DNA of 64,000 nt from positions 1 to 64,000 of the forward strand of contig CDRNVI010000150.1 in NCBI GenBank assembly GCA_977017575.1, given 5' to 3'. The stretch is from Paramoeba atlantica (Eukaryota; Protista; Discosea). Made by a program: the position numbers and the translations under genes. Each line of letters begins with the position of its first letter. Positions within the stretch are counted from its first letter, which is position 1. This document shows positions 11,581-25,713 of the stretch, one piece after another. The notes under the pieces were generated by a model, which saw nothing but the letters and a program-made list of their open reading frames with translations, was not told the DNA's origin and did not search any database.

Positions 11581-14500
11581 TTACTTTCCCTTTCTTCTCC
11601 TTCTTCCCTTTGTTCTTCTCCTTCTTCTCTTTGTTCTTCTTTTCCATTTGATTCAATCTTTTCATTCCCTTCTCGTTTTGCAGGTTTAATTGAACCATCA
11701 ATGAGAATGTATTTCTATCCAAAAAAATTGTGAAAAATTCTTTGGGATTTAAAGAGAAAAAGGAAAAGAAAAACCTTCAAAAACTTCCTCACTTTTTGAG
11801 AGTCGGTGGTGTCTGCTGGTGTTTGTCCCTAAAATATTTAAAACAAATCAAAAATAAGAGATTCATCAAAAAAATAAATCAAGAAAAATGAACATGATTA
11901 TTTTTGATTTCAGGATCAGCACCATGTTCACACAAAAGTTTCACCATCTTCAACATACCCTTTTGTGCAGCCACATGGAGCGCAGTGCCCCCATCCTATC
12001 ATTTTGGATTGAATGAATTGTTCCCAAAGAGTACCCCAAAAACAAAGAAATGAGAAAAACCTCATCTGTTTTGTTGATTTCAGCACCACTTTTCAACATA
12101 AATAAAACAATCTCTTTGGTTGTTGTATTTATTCCATAATAAGACACTTGAGTGAGGAGAGCCATGAGAGGAGTGGATCCCTTTGAAAAATGATTAAAAT
12201 GATACTCAAACACGCCCATTGAAAAAAATCAAATTAGAAAATACTTGATTGATTCCATTTACATCTGCTCCATTTTCAACTAAAATCTTAATAGCTGGTA
12301 AATTAACGAAATAGGAATCACAAACTTCATGAAGAACACTCTGTCCCTGTTTTTCCAAAACCAAATTGATGGTAAATTGAAAGAAAGAAAAGAAAAAAAA
12401 AGAAAGAAAGAAGAGAGAGGATTGTTTTGAGGAAAGTCCAACAAACTTGAACAATGAAACGTGCTCCATTTTGTAATAATAATTCAACAATATCCAAATT
12501 GTTGTGTATACATGCAACAGTCAGAGGTGATTGATTTGCCTGTGGTGATGTGAGACTTTGAAAAAAACAAAGAAAAGAACTTTCAAAGTTTTTGAAAAAA
12601 AAATGAAAAAAAGAAAATACAAATTGATTGTGAATTCCATTGATTGGACAATTTTTAGAAATCAAAAATTGAGCCAAATCAAATTTCCCTTTTTGACTTG
12701 CAAAACATAAAGGTCCAACATTCAATTCCTGGTGTGTGGAGATCAAAAACGAAAAAAGGGGGGTGGTGAACTGTGAAAATAAAAAAACCTTTTTCATATT
12801 CTCCAATAAATAAGAGATTACATCCATGTGGCCCTCTTGACATGCCAACATAAGACCATCACTGTTCCCAACTTGAAGTTGAGCACCATGTTTGGTGAAG
12901 AATGAAACAATTTTAAGATCTCCTAATTTACATGCAATGTGAAAAGGGGATCTGCGGAGCTGTCACAATTTTGAGAGAAATTTTAAAATCAAAGTTTTTT
13001 CATTTTTGCAAATAAAAAATCAAAAAGAGAAAACAAACTGGATTTTCCAAATTGATTGAAGCACCTCTTTCCACCAATAAAGTAACAATGTCAAAATGAC
13101 CTCCCTCAGTTGCCTCACACAAAGCTGTCTTTCCCTTTTTGTTTCACAAAAGTTAATTTCAATAAATCATCAAAGAAATCTCAAACAAGAGAAAAGAAAA
13201 AAAGAAAACCAGATTTCCTTGTTGATCAATCTGAAGATCTTCTATTTTCAGAAAACTTTTGACAATCTCTAAATTCCCTTTTTGACAAGCAATGTGAAAG
13301 GGAGACATTTCATCCTAAAATGACAAAAGAACAAAATAGAATCCATAAATTCTTCTTTCTCCCCCTCCAGCATAAATAAAAAAAGAGAGACATCTAAAAA
13401 ATAAAAACATACTTTTGAAGGAATATTTGGATGAGCACCCTTTTCAAGAAGGAAATGAACCATTTTGATATCATTCTCCAAAACTGCAACACATAAAGGA
13501 CTCCAACTCTACCAAAAAGAGATGAAAATATTTAAACAAGCTCCTTTTTTCAAAAACTTTGAAAGTTAAGAAAGAGAAAAAAATAACAATGGATGTGGTT
13601 GGTTGGGAAGAAAAGTTGACATTTGCACCTTTGTTGATCAAAAATTGTGCCATTTCAAAATCCCCTCTTTTACAAGCACGACACAAAGAAGTTTCTCCTT
13701 CCTGTTCCCCCCAAAATAAGGAAATTGGTAAAGATTAGTTTTTTTTTGTGAAAACATTCAAAAAACATTCAAAAAAAGTTTACATTTGTTGACCAATCCA
13801 CTTTTGCTTTGTTGTCAATCAAAAGATTTGCCATTTCGAAGTCTCTCCTTTCACAACAAATCCACAAAGGGCTTTCCCCTCCCTGTTCAAACAAACAATT
13901 ACTTTAAAAAATGGAAAGGAAATCTAAAAATTAATTTGATATGAGGAGAGAGAAAGAGAAAGAGAGAAACTGTCTTTGTTTGGTCAACTATGGCTCCTTT
14001 TTCAATCAAAAATTTGGAAATTTCAAAATATCCTTTTTCACAAACTGAAGATAATGCAGTCTTCTTTGGTGTTCGCTACAATCAAATAAAAATAAAAAAA
14101 GAATTGAGTTGAACACACACAACAATCAATATGAAAAAATATGATCAGAAAAAAAAGAGAGATGATTTACTGATGACTGAAGAAGAGAAGAGCCTTTCTC
14201 AAAAAGAAATTGAACTATTTCAAGATTCCCAAATTCACAAGCAATAATCAAGGGATTTGATCCATCCTTCAAAAACCACAACAACAGAGACAATCAATCC
14301 TCAAACTTTCACTCAGTACCAAAAAAAAAAAGAGAGAAAAACCTGAGCAGCAGGACTCTCGAGTGAAGCACCATTTTCAATCAACAAAGTAATCATCTTT
14401 AAGTCTCCTTTTTCACATGCTCTCATCAAAGGAGTAATCCCTTTCTTTTCTCAAAACTTTCAAATCAATATCACAACACATACAGAGACAACAGAATCAT

Positions 14501-14657
14501 CACCAGAGAGGATGATGATGATAAAAAAAGAAGAAAAGAAGATGATCACCTGGTGTCTTGGAGCTTGATTGACATTAATTCTCCGACTCAAAAGGAGTTG
14601 TTGAACCTTTTCACAATCTCCCCCTTCCACAGCTTCAAACAATTGGCGGTCTGTCAT
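11581..14657 (-). CDS. Ankyrin-repeat protein, copy B
   Basis: ATG 14657 (MTDRQLFEAVEGG), same exon series as copy A, TAA 11581-11583. Confidence 0.82.
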
Positions 14658-14947
14658 TTCCCCTCTCTCTCTCTCTTTCTTTCTTTCTCTCTCTTTCTCT
14701 CTCTTTCTCTTTCTCTCTTTTTCCCAAATACTTTTCTCTTTTAGAGCACTAAAATTTAGCGTTTCTTATCTCGTCACCCTCTTCTTTGATTCTCTTTTTC
14801 TCTTTGAAATTTGCAAATTATTCTTTATTTTTCGGTTTATTTCCTCTCCCCTTCTCCCCAAATAAAATAAACAATTTCTTTTTGAAAAAAGAAGATTTCC
14901 TTTTTTATTTTGGGGAGGTTAATCCATTTGAGGTTTTTTGAAGTCAA

Positions 14948-17900
14948 TTATTCATCTCCAATCTTTCTCTTTTTATTTTCTCCTTCTTCTCCTTCTTCTC
15001 TTTCTTCTTCTCCTTCTCTTTGTTCTTCTTTTCCATTTGATTCAATCTTTTCATTCCCTTCTCGTTTTGCAGGTTTAATTGAACCATATTCCTATCCAAA
15101 AATTGTGAAAAATTCTTTACAAATTTCAAAAATAATGAGAAAAAGAAAATGAAAACCTCCAAAAACTTCTCCAAAAACTTCTTCACTGGAGAGTAGGTGG
15201 TGTCTGCTGGTGTTTGTCCCTAAAATATTTTTAGAAAAAAAGAGATTCATTAAAAAAAAATAAATCAATAAAATCAAAGAAAAATGAACAGAGTTATTTT
15301 TGATTTCAGGATCAGCACCATGTTCACACAAAAGTTTCACCCTCTCCAACACACCCCTATGTACAGCCACATGGAGCGCAGTATCCCCATCCTACCATTT
15401 TGGATTGAATGAATTGTTCCCAAAGAGTACCCTGAAAACAAAGAAATGTGAAAAACCTCATTTGTTTTGTTGATTTCAACACCATTTTGCAACAAAAATA
15501 AAACAATCTCTTTGATTGTTGTATTTATTCCATAAATAGAAGTTTGGTTGAGGAGAGCCATGAGAGGAGTGCGACCCTTCAAAAAAAAAATGATTAAATC
15601 AAAAACACCCTTTGAAAAAAATCAAATTAGAAAATACTTGATAGATTCCATTTACATCTGCTCCATTTTCAACTAAAATCTTAACAACTGGTAAATTAAC
15701 AAACTTGGAAGCACAAACTTGATGAAGAACACTCTTTCCCTGTTTTTCCAAAACCAAATTGATGGTCAATTGAAAGAAAGAAAAGAAAGAAAGAAGAGAG
15801 AGGATTGTTTTGAGGAAAGCTATCAAAAAAACCAACAAACTTGAACAATGAGATGTGCTCCATTTTGTAATAATAATTCAACAATATCCAAATTGTTGTT
15901 TAAAAATGCAACAGTCAGAGGTGATTGATTTAACTGTGGTGATGTGAGACTTTGTAAAAGACAAAGAGAAAAAAACTTTCAAAGTTTTTGAAAAAAAAAA
16001 AAGAAAAAAAGAGGATACAAATTGAATGTGGACTCCATTGATTGGACAATTTTTAGAAATCAAAAATTGAGCCAAATCAAATTTCCCTTTTTCACTTGCA
16101 AAACATAAAGGTCCAACATTCAATTCCTGGTGTGTGTGGAGATAAAAAAAAAGGGGTGAGTGGTGAATTGTGAATATTGTGTTGAAAACAGAAAAATTGT
16201 TCACAAATAATAAAAAAATACCTCTTTCATATTCTCCAATAAATAAGAGATTACATCCATGTGTCCCTCTTCACATGCCAACACAAGACCATCACTGTAC
16301 CCAAATTGAAGTTGAGCACCATGTTTGATGAAGAATGAAACAATTTTAAGATCTCCTAATTTACATGCAATGGAAAAAGGGGTTCTGTGGAGCTGTCACA
16401 ATTTTTAAAGAGAAATTTTAAAATGAAAGGAAAAAAGTCTTTTTTTTAAATGGAAAATCCGCCAAAAAAAAGACCTTTTTCCACAAGTTAAATAAAATTC
16501 AAAAAGAGAGAAAACAGACTTGATTGAGAAAATTGATTGAAGCACCTCTTTCCACCAATAAAGTAATAATGTCAAAATGACCTCCCTCAGCTGCCTCATG
16601 CAAAGCTGTCTTTCCCTTTTTGTTTCACAAAAGTTGATTTCAATAAATCATCAAAGAAATTTCAAACAAGAGAAAAGAAAAAACCTGGTTTCCTGGGCGA
16701 TCAAGATGAAGAGCTTTTATTTTCAAAAAAGTTTTGACAATCTCTAAATTCCCTTTTTGACAAGCAATATGCCATGGAGATATTTCATCCTAAAATGACA
16801 AAAGGACAAAATAGAATTCATCAATTCCTCTTTCTCCCTTTTTCCCTCCAACATAATAAAAAGAGAGACATTCAAAAAATAAAAACATACTTTTGAAGGA
16901 ATATTTGGATGAGCACCCTTTTCAAGAAGGAAATGAACCATTTTGATATCATTTTCCAAAACTGCAATACATAAAGGACTCCAACTCTACCAAAAAGAGG
17001 TGAATTAAAGGAAATCTCTTTTGTTTCAGAAATCAATTGTGAAAACTTTGAAAGTTGAGAAAGAGAAAAAAGGGGTGTGGAAGAAAAAAATAACATCTTG
17101 TAAAGAAAAGTTGATATTTGCACCTTTGTTGATCAAAAATTGTGCCATTTCAAAATCCCCCCTTTTACAAGCACAACAAAAAGAAGTTTCTCCTTCCTGT
17201 CCCCCCAAAAAATAAGGAGATGGGGAAAGATTAGTTTTGTTTTTGTGAAAACATTCAAAAAAACTTTACATTTGTTGACCAATCCACCTTTGCTTTGTTG
17301 TCAATCAAAAGATTTGCCATTTCAAAGTCTCTCCTTTCACAACAAATCCACAAAGGGCTTTCACCTCCCTGTTCAAACAAAATGATCATTTTAAAAAATG
17401 GAAACATGAACCAATGAGGAGAGAAAAGAGAGAAAAACTGTCGTTGTTTGGTCAACTTTGACTCCTTTTTCAATCAAAAATTTGGCAATTTCAAAGTATC
17501 CTTTTTCACAAACTGAAGATAATGCAGTCTTCTTTGGTGTTTGCTACAATCAAATAAAAATAAAAGAAGAAGAATTGAGTTGAACACACACAACAACAAT
17601 CAATGAAAAAATCTGATTCGAGAAAAAAAAGAGAAATGATTTACTGAAAGTGGATGAAGAGAAGAGCCTTTCTCAAAAAGAAACTGAACTATTTCAAGAT
17701 TCCCAAATTCACAAGCAATAATCAAGGGATCTGATCCATCCTTCAAAAACCATAACAAAAGAGACAATCAACCACCAAAATTTTCTCCTCCCAAAAAAAT
17801 AGAATCTTTTTTGGAGAAAAAGAAAGAGAAAAAAACCTCAGCAGCAAGACTCTTGAGGGAAGCTCCATTTTCAATCAACAAAGTGATCATCTTTAAGTCT

Positions 17901-18218
17901 CCTTTTTCACAAGCTCTCATCAAAGGAGTAAACCCTTTCTTTTCTCAAAACTTTCAAATCAATATCACAACTCAACACAGACACACAGAATCATCACCAG
18001 AGATGATAATCATGATGATTAAGATGATGATCATACACACACAAAGATGATGATGATCAATCACAAAAAAGATCAACACACACAAAAAAAAAAGGAGAAA
18101 CAACCTGGTGTCTTGGAGATTGATTGACATCCACTTTTTGATTCAAAAGGAGTTGTTTGACCTTTTCACAATCCCCCCCTTCCACAGCTTCAAACAATTG
18201 GCAGTCTGTTAATGACAT
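14948..18218 (-). CDS. Ankyrin-repeat protein, copy C
   Basis: ATG 18218 (MSLTDCQLFEAVEGG), same exon series. The last exon reads slightly further, to TAA 14948-14950. Confidence 0.8.
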
Positions 18219-18579
18219 TTCTTCTCTCTCTCTTTCTCCTCTCCTCCCAAAAAAAAAACTTCTCAAAACCAAAGAGAAAAGAGAAAAAAAGAGGAAAACG
18301 GCAAGTTGCTCCTTTCTTTTAGAAAACTAAATTTAGCGATTTTCATGATTTCTCTTCTTTTGATTTCATTTTCTCTCTTTGTTTTGAAATTGTCACCTTT
18401 TTATTTATTTTTCTATTTTATTATTTCCCCCTTCCCCGCCCCCCACACCACCCCAAATAAAATAAACAATTTCTTTTTTGAAAAAAGAAGATTTCCTTTT
18501 TCAATTTTGTGGAGGTTAATGAGGTTTTTTGAATCCAATTTCATCACCAAAACCACATTCATCTCTAATCTTTCTCTTT

Positions 18580-21500
18580 TTACTTTCTCTTTCTTCTCCT
18601 TCTTCTCCTTCTTCTCCTTCTTCTCTTTCCTCTCTTTGTTCTCTTTGTTCTTCTTCTCCTCCTCTTTGTTCTTCTTCTCTTTGTTCTTCTTTTCCATTTG
18701 ATTCAATCTTTTCATTCCCTTCTCGTTTTGCAGGTTTAATTGAACCATCAATGAGAATGTATTTCTATTCAAAAAAATTGTGAAAAATTCTTTGGGATTT
18801 AAAGAGAAAAAGGAAAAGAAAAACCTTCAAAAACTTCCTCACTTTTTGAGAGGAGGTGGTGTCTGCTGGTGTTTGTCCCTACAATATTTAAAACAAATCA
18901 AAAATAAGAGATTCATCAAAAAAATAAACCAAAGAAAAAAGAACCAAGTTATTTTTGATTTCAGGATCAGCACCATGTTCACACAAAAGTTTCACCATCT
19001 CCAACTCACCCCTCCTTGCAGCCACATGGAGCGCAGTATCCCCATCCTACCATTTTGGATTGAATGAATTGTTCCCAAAGAGTACCCCAAAAACAAAGAA
19101 ATGAGAAAAACCTCTGTTTTGTTGATTTCAGCACCACTTTTCAACATAAATAAAACAATCTCTTTGGTTGTTGCATTTATTCCATAATAAGACACTTGAT
19201 TGAGGAGAACCATGAAAGGAGTGGAACCCTTTAAAAAAATGATTAAAATGATACTCAAACACACATTGAAAAAAATCAAATTAGAAAATACTTGATAGAT
19301 TCCATTTACATCTGCTCCATTTTCAACTAAGATCTTAACAACTGGTAAATTAACAGAATGGGAAGCACAAACTTGATAAAGAATACTCTTTCCCTGTTTT
19401 TCCAAAACCAAATTGATGGTAAATTAAAAAGAAAGAAAAAAAAGAAAGAAGAGAGAGGATTATTTTGAGGAAAGTTATTCAAAAAAAACCAACAAACTTG
19501 AACAATGAAATGTGCTCCATTTTGTAATAATAATTCAACAATATCTAAATTGTTGTTTATACATGCAACAGCAAGAGGTGAATAACCCTCCTGTGGTGAT
19601 GAAAATTTTTAATAAGACAAAGAGAAAAGAAATTTCAAAGTTTTTGAAAAAAGAAAAAGAAAAAAAGAAAATACAAATAAGTTGTGAACTCCATTGATTG
19701 GACAATTTTTAGAAATCAAAAATTGAGCCAAATCAAATTTCCCATTTTGACTTGCAAAACATAAAGCTCCAACATTCAATTCCTGGTGTGTGTGTGGAGA
19801 TAAAAAAGGTAAAAAAAAGGGGGAGTGGTTGTGAATTGTGAATATTGTGTTGAAAACAGAAAAATTGTTCACAAATAAAACAAAAAATACCTCTTTCATA
19901 TTCTCCAATAAATAAGAGATTACATCCATGTGACCCTCTTGACATGCCAACACAAGACCATCACTGTACCCAACTTGAAGTTGAGCACCATGTTTGGTGA
20001 AGAAAGAAACAATTTTAAGATCTCCTAATTTACATGCAATATGAAAAGGGGTTCTCTGGAGCTGCCACAATTTTTAGAGAGAAATTTTAAAATCTAAGTT
20101 TTTCATTTTTCCAAATAAAAATCAAAAGAGAGAAAACAGACTGGATTTTCAAAATTGATTGAAGCACCTCTTTCCACCAATAAAGTAATAATGTCAAAAT
20201 GACCTCCCTCAGTTGCCTCACACAAAGCTGTCTTTCCCTTTTTGTTTCACAAAAGTTGATTTTTTAATACATCAAAGAAATCTCAAACAAGAGAAAGAAA
20301 AAAGAGAAAACCTCATTTCCTTGTTGATCAATCTGAAGATCTTCTATTTTCAAAAAAGTTTTGACAATCTCTAAATTCCCTTTTTGACAAGCAATGTGAA
20401 AGGGAGACATTTCATCCTAAAAATGACAAAAGGACAAAATAGAATTCATAAATTCCTCTTTCGCCCCCCTTCAACATTCAAAAAATAAAAACATACTTTT
20501 GAAGGAATATTTGGATTAGCACCCTTTTCAAGAAGGAAAAGAACCATTTTGATATCATTCTCCAAAACTGCAATACATAAAGGGCTCCAACCCTACCAAA
20601 AAGAGATGAAAATATTTAAACATACTTCTTTTTGTTGAGAAAGAGAAAAAATTAACAATGGATGTGGTTGGTTGGGAAAAAAAGTTGACATTTGCGCCTT
20701 TGTTGATCAATAATTGTGCCATTTCAAAATCCCCTCTTTTACAAGCACAACACAAAGAAGTTTCTCCTTCCTGTTCCCCCGCCCCAAAAAAAAGAGAAGA
20801 TTGGGAAAGATTAGTTTTTTTTTGTGAAAACATTCAAAAAAACATTCAAAAAAAGTTTACATTTGTTGACCAATCCACTTTTGCTTTGTTGTCAATCAAA
20901 AGATTTGCCATTTTAATGTCTCCCCTTTCACAACAAATCCACAAGGGCTTTTCCCTCCCTGTTCAAACAAAACGATAAATGGAAACATGAATAAATGAAT
21001 AAATGAGGAGAAAGAGAGAAAGAGAGAGAAACTATCGTTGTTTGGTCTACTGTGTCTCCTTTTTCAATCAAAAATTTGGCAATTTCAAAGTATCCTTTTT
21101 CACAAACTGAAGATAATGCAGTCTTCTTTGGTGTTTGCTACAATCAAATAAAAATATTAGAAGAAGAATTGAGTTGAACACACACACAACAACCAATTGA
21201 GTTGTGGAAAAAGGTGTTTTTTTTCAATGGAAAATCCGCTTTTTCCTTTTTCCTTCTTCCACAACAAGTTAAATGAAAACATGGATCAGAGAAAAAAAAA
21301 GAGAGATGATTTACTGATGACTGAAGAAGAGAAGAGCCTTTCTCAAAAAGAAACTGAACTATTTCAAGATTCCCAAATTCACAAGCAATAATCAATGGAT
21401 CTGATCCATCCTTCAAAAACCATAACAAAAGAGACAATCAATCATCAAACTTTCACTCATTTCCAAAAAAAAGGAGAAAAAGAAAGAGAGAAAAACCTCA

Positions 21501-21807
21501 GCAGCGAGACTCTCGAGCGAAGCTCCATTTTCAATCAACAAAGTAATCATCTTTAAGTCTCCTTTTTGACATGCTCTCATCAAAGGAGTAATCCCTTTCT
21601 TTTTTCAAAACTTTCAAATCAATCTCACAACACACACACAGAGACAACAGAAGCATCACCAGAGAGGATATGATAAAAAAAAGAAAAGAAGATGATCACC
21701 TGGCATCTTGGAGCTTGATTGACAGCCACTCTCTGACTCAAAAGGAGTTGTTTGACCTTTTCACAATCTCCCCCTTCCACAGCTTCAAACAATTGGCAGT
21801 CTGTCAT
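18580..21807 (-). CDS. Ankyrin-repeat protein, copy D
   Basis: ATG 21807 (MTDCQLFEAVEGG), same exon series, TAA 18580-18582. Confidence 0.8.
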
Positions 21808-21823
21808 TTCCCCTCTCTCTCTC

Positions 21824-21857
<34 letters not shown>

Positions 21858-22173
21858 CTTCCCTCTTTCACCCAAAAAGACTTTTCTTTTTTAGAGCACT
21901 AAAATTTATTTGTGGTTTCTTATTTCTTAATCATTTTTCTCTTCTTGGATTCTCTTTTTCTCTTGTCCTTCTCTCTCCTTGTGAACAAATTGGCAACTTA
22001 TTCTTTATTGTTCGGTTTATTCCCTCTTCCCCTCTCCCCAAATAAAATAAACAATTTCTTTTTGAAAAAAAGAAGGTTTCCTTTTTCAATTTTGTGGAGG
22101 TTAATCCATTCGAGGTTTTTTGAATTCAATTTCATCATCACCAAAACCACATTCATCTCCAATCTTTCTCTTT

Positions 22174-25100
22174 TTACTTTCTCTTTCTTCTCCTTCTTCT
22201 CCTTCTTCTCCTTCTTCCCTTTGTTCTTCTACTCCTTCTCTTTGTTCTTCTTTTCCATTTGATTCAATCTTTTCATTCCCTTCTCGTTTTGCAGGTTTAA
22301 TTGAACCATCAATGTGAATGTATTCCTATCCAAAAATTGTGTTTCAATTCTTTTGCGAATTTCAAAAATAATGAGAAAAAGAAAAAGAAAAACCTCCAAA
22401 AACTTCTTCACTGGTTGAGAGTAGGTGGAGTCTGCTGGTGTTTGTCCCTAAAATATTTTCAAAATATCAAAAATAAGAGATTCATCAAAAAAATAAATCA
22501 ATAAAATCAAAGAAAAATGAACAAAGTTATTTTTGATTTCAGGATCAGCACCATATTCACACAAGAATTTCACTATCTCCAACATACCCTTTCGTGCAGC
22601 CACATGAAGTGCAGTACTTCCATCCTATCATTTTGGATTGATGAATTGTTCCCAAAGAGTACCCCAAAAACAAAGAAATGTGAAAAACCTCATTTGTTTT
22701 GTTGATTTCAACACCATTTTTCAACAAAAATAAAACAATCCCGATTTCAGAATTCAAAGGTCTTTGATTGAGGAGAACCATGAGAGGAGTGGAACCCTTC
22801 AAAAAAAAATGATTAAAATGATACTCAAAAACACCAATTGAAAAAAATCAAATTAGAAAAATACTTGATAGATTCCATTTACATCTGCTCCATTTTCAAC
22901 TAAGATCTTAACAACTGGTAAATTAACCAAATAGGAACCACAAACTTGATGAAGAACAGAACTCTGCCCCTATTTTTCCAAAACCAAATTGATGGTAAAT
23001 TGAAAGAAAGGAAAAAAAGAAAGAAAGAAGAGAGAGGATTGTTTTGAGGAAAGTTATTCAAAAAAAACCAACAAACTTGAACAATGAGATGTGCTCCATT
23101 TTGTAATAATAATTCAGCAATAGCCAAATTGTTGTGCAGACATGCAAGAGCCAGAGGTGATTGATTTAACTGTGGTGATGTGAGACTTTGAAAAACACAA
23201 AGAGAAAAGAACTTTCAAAGAGTTTGAAAAAGAAAAAGAAAAAAAGAGAATACAAATTGATTGTGAACTCCATTGATTGGACAATTTTTAGAAATCAAAA
23301 ATTGAGCCAAATCAAATTTTCCTTTTTCACTTGCAAAACATAAAGGTCCAACATTCAATTCCTGGTGTGTGGAGATAAAAAATGAAAAAAAGGGGGCAGT
23401 GAATTGTGAATTGTGGAATATTGTGTTGAAAACAGAAAAATTGTTCACAAATAAAACAAAAAATACCTCTTTCATATTCTCCAATAAATAAGAGATTACA
23501 TCCATGTGACCCCCTTCACATGCCAAGATAAGACCATCACTGAACCCAACTTGTTGAGCACCATGTTTGGTGAAGAAAGAAACAATTTTAAGATCTCCTA
23601 ATTTACATGCAATGTGAAAGGGGTTATGGTTCCTCTGTAACAATTTTAGAGAAAATCAAAAGTTTTTTCACCTCTCCCAATAAAAAAAAAAATAAAAAAA
23701 AGAAAACAGACATGATTTTTAAAATTGATTGAAGCACCTCTTTCCACCAATAAAGTAATAATGTCAAAATGACCTCCCAGAGTTGCCTCAAACAAAGCTG
23801 TCTTTCCCTTTTTGTTTCACAAAAGTTGATTTCAATCCAAATCTCAAACAAGAAAAAAAGAAAAAACCAGATTTCCTTGTTGATCAATCTGAAGATCTTC
23901 TATCTTAAGAAAAATTTTGACAATCTCTAAATTCCCTTTTTGACAAGCAATGTGCCATGGAGACTTTTGATTCTAAAATGACAAAAGGACAAAATAGAAT
24001 TCATCAATTCCTCTTTCTCCCCCCTTCAACATAAAAAGAGAGACATTCAAAAAATAAAAACATACTTTTGAAGGAATATTTGGATGAGCACCCTTTTCAA
24101 GAAGGAAATGAACCATTTTGATATCATTCCCCAAAACTGCAACACATAAAGGACTCCAACCCTACCAAAAAGAGAGAATGAAAGGAAATCTCTTTTGTTT
24201 CAGAAATCATTTGTGAAAACTTTGAAAAATGAGAAAGAGAAAAAAGGGGTGTGGAAGAAAAAAATAACATGTTGTAAAGAAAAGTTGATATTTGCACCTT
24301 TGTTGATCAAAAATTGTGCCATTTCAAAATCCCCTCTTTTACAAGCACAACAAAAAGAAGTTTCTCCTTCCTGTTCCCCCGCCCCCCCAAAAAAAGGAGA
24401 TTGGTAAAGATTAGTTTTTTTTATGAAAACATTCAAAAAAACATTCAAAAAAAGTTTACATTTGTTGACCAATCCACTTTTGCTTTGTTGTCAATCAAAA
24501 GATTTGCCATTTCAAAGTCTCTCCTTTCACAACAAATCCACAAAGGGCTTTCCCCTCCCTGTTCAAACAAAACGATCATTTTAAAAAATGGAAACATGAA
24601 CAGAAAGAGAGAAAGAAAGAGAGAAACTGTCTTTGTTTGGTCAACTTTGACTCCTTTTTCAATCAAAAATTTGGCAATTTCAAAGTATCCTTTTTCACAA
24701 ACTGAAGATAATGCAGTCTTCTTTGGTTTTTGCTACAATCAAATAAAAATAAAAGAAGAAGAATTGAGTTGAACACACAACAACAATCAATGAAAAAATA
24801 TGATCAGAACAAAAAAAAGAGAAATGATTTACTGCTGACCGAAGAGAATATCCTTTCTCAAAAAGGAACTGAACTATTTCAAGATTCCCAAATTCACAAG
24901 CAAGAATCAATGAATTTGATCCATCCTTCAAAAAACCAAACAATAATCAATCCCAAATTTTCTCCTCCCAAAAAAAGAGAATCTTTTTTGGAGAAAAAGA
25001 AAGAGAAAAAAACCTGAGCAGCAAGACTCTTGAGGGAAGCTCCATTTTCAATCAACAAAGTGATCATCTTTAAGTCTCCTTTTTGACATGCTCTCATCAA

Positions 25101-25319
25101 AGGAGTAATCCCTTTCTTTTCTCAAAACTTTCAAATCAATATCACAACTCAACACACAGAATCATCACCAGAGATAATCATGATAAAAAAAGAAGAATAG
25201 AAGATGATCACCTGGTGTTTTGGAGCTTGATTGACATCGACTCTCCGACTCAAAAGAAGTTGTTTGACCTTTTCACAATCTCCCCCTTCCACAGCTTCAA
25301 ACAATTGGTGATTTGCCAT
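22174..25319 (-). CDS. Ankyrin-repeat protein, copy E
   Basis: ATG 25319 (MANHQLFEAVEGG), same exon series, TAA 22174-22176. Confidence 0.8.
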
Positions 25320-25713
25320 TTCCCTCTCTCTCTCTCTTTCTCTCTTTCTCCTCTCCCCCCAAAAAACAAACTTTTCACCAAAGACACACCAAAACCGAAA
25401 AGAGAAAAAGAGGAAAATGGCAAGTTGCTCCTTTCTTTTTAGAAAACTAAATTTAGCCATTTTCATAATCTCCTCTCTCTTTTTGATTTCCATTTTCTCT
25501 CCTTCTTTTGTTATGAAATTGTCACCGGATGTTTATTTTTCGATTTTATTATTTTCCCCTCTCCCCCACCCCACCACCCCAAATAAAATAAACAATTTCT
25601 TTTTTGAAAAAAGAAGATTTCCTTTTTTCAATTTTGTGGAGGGTTAATCCATTCGAGGTTTTTTGAATTCAATTTCATCACCAAAACCACATTCAGCTCC
25701 AATCTTTCTCTTT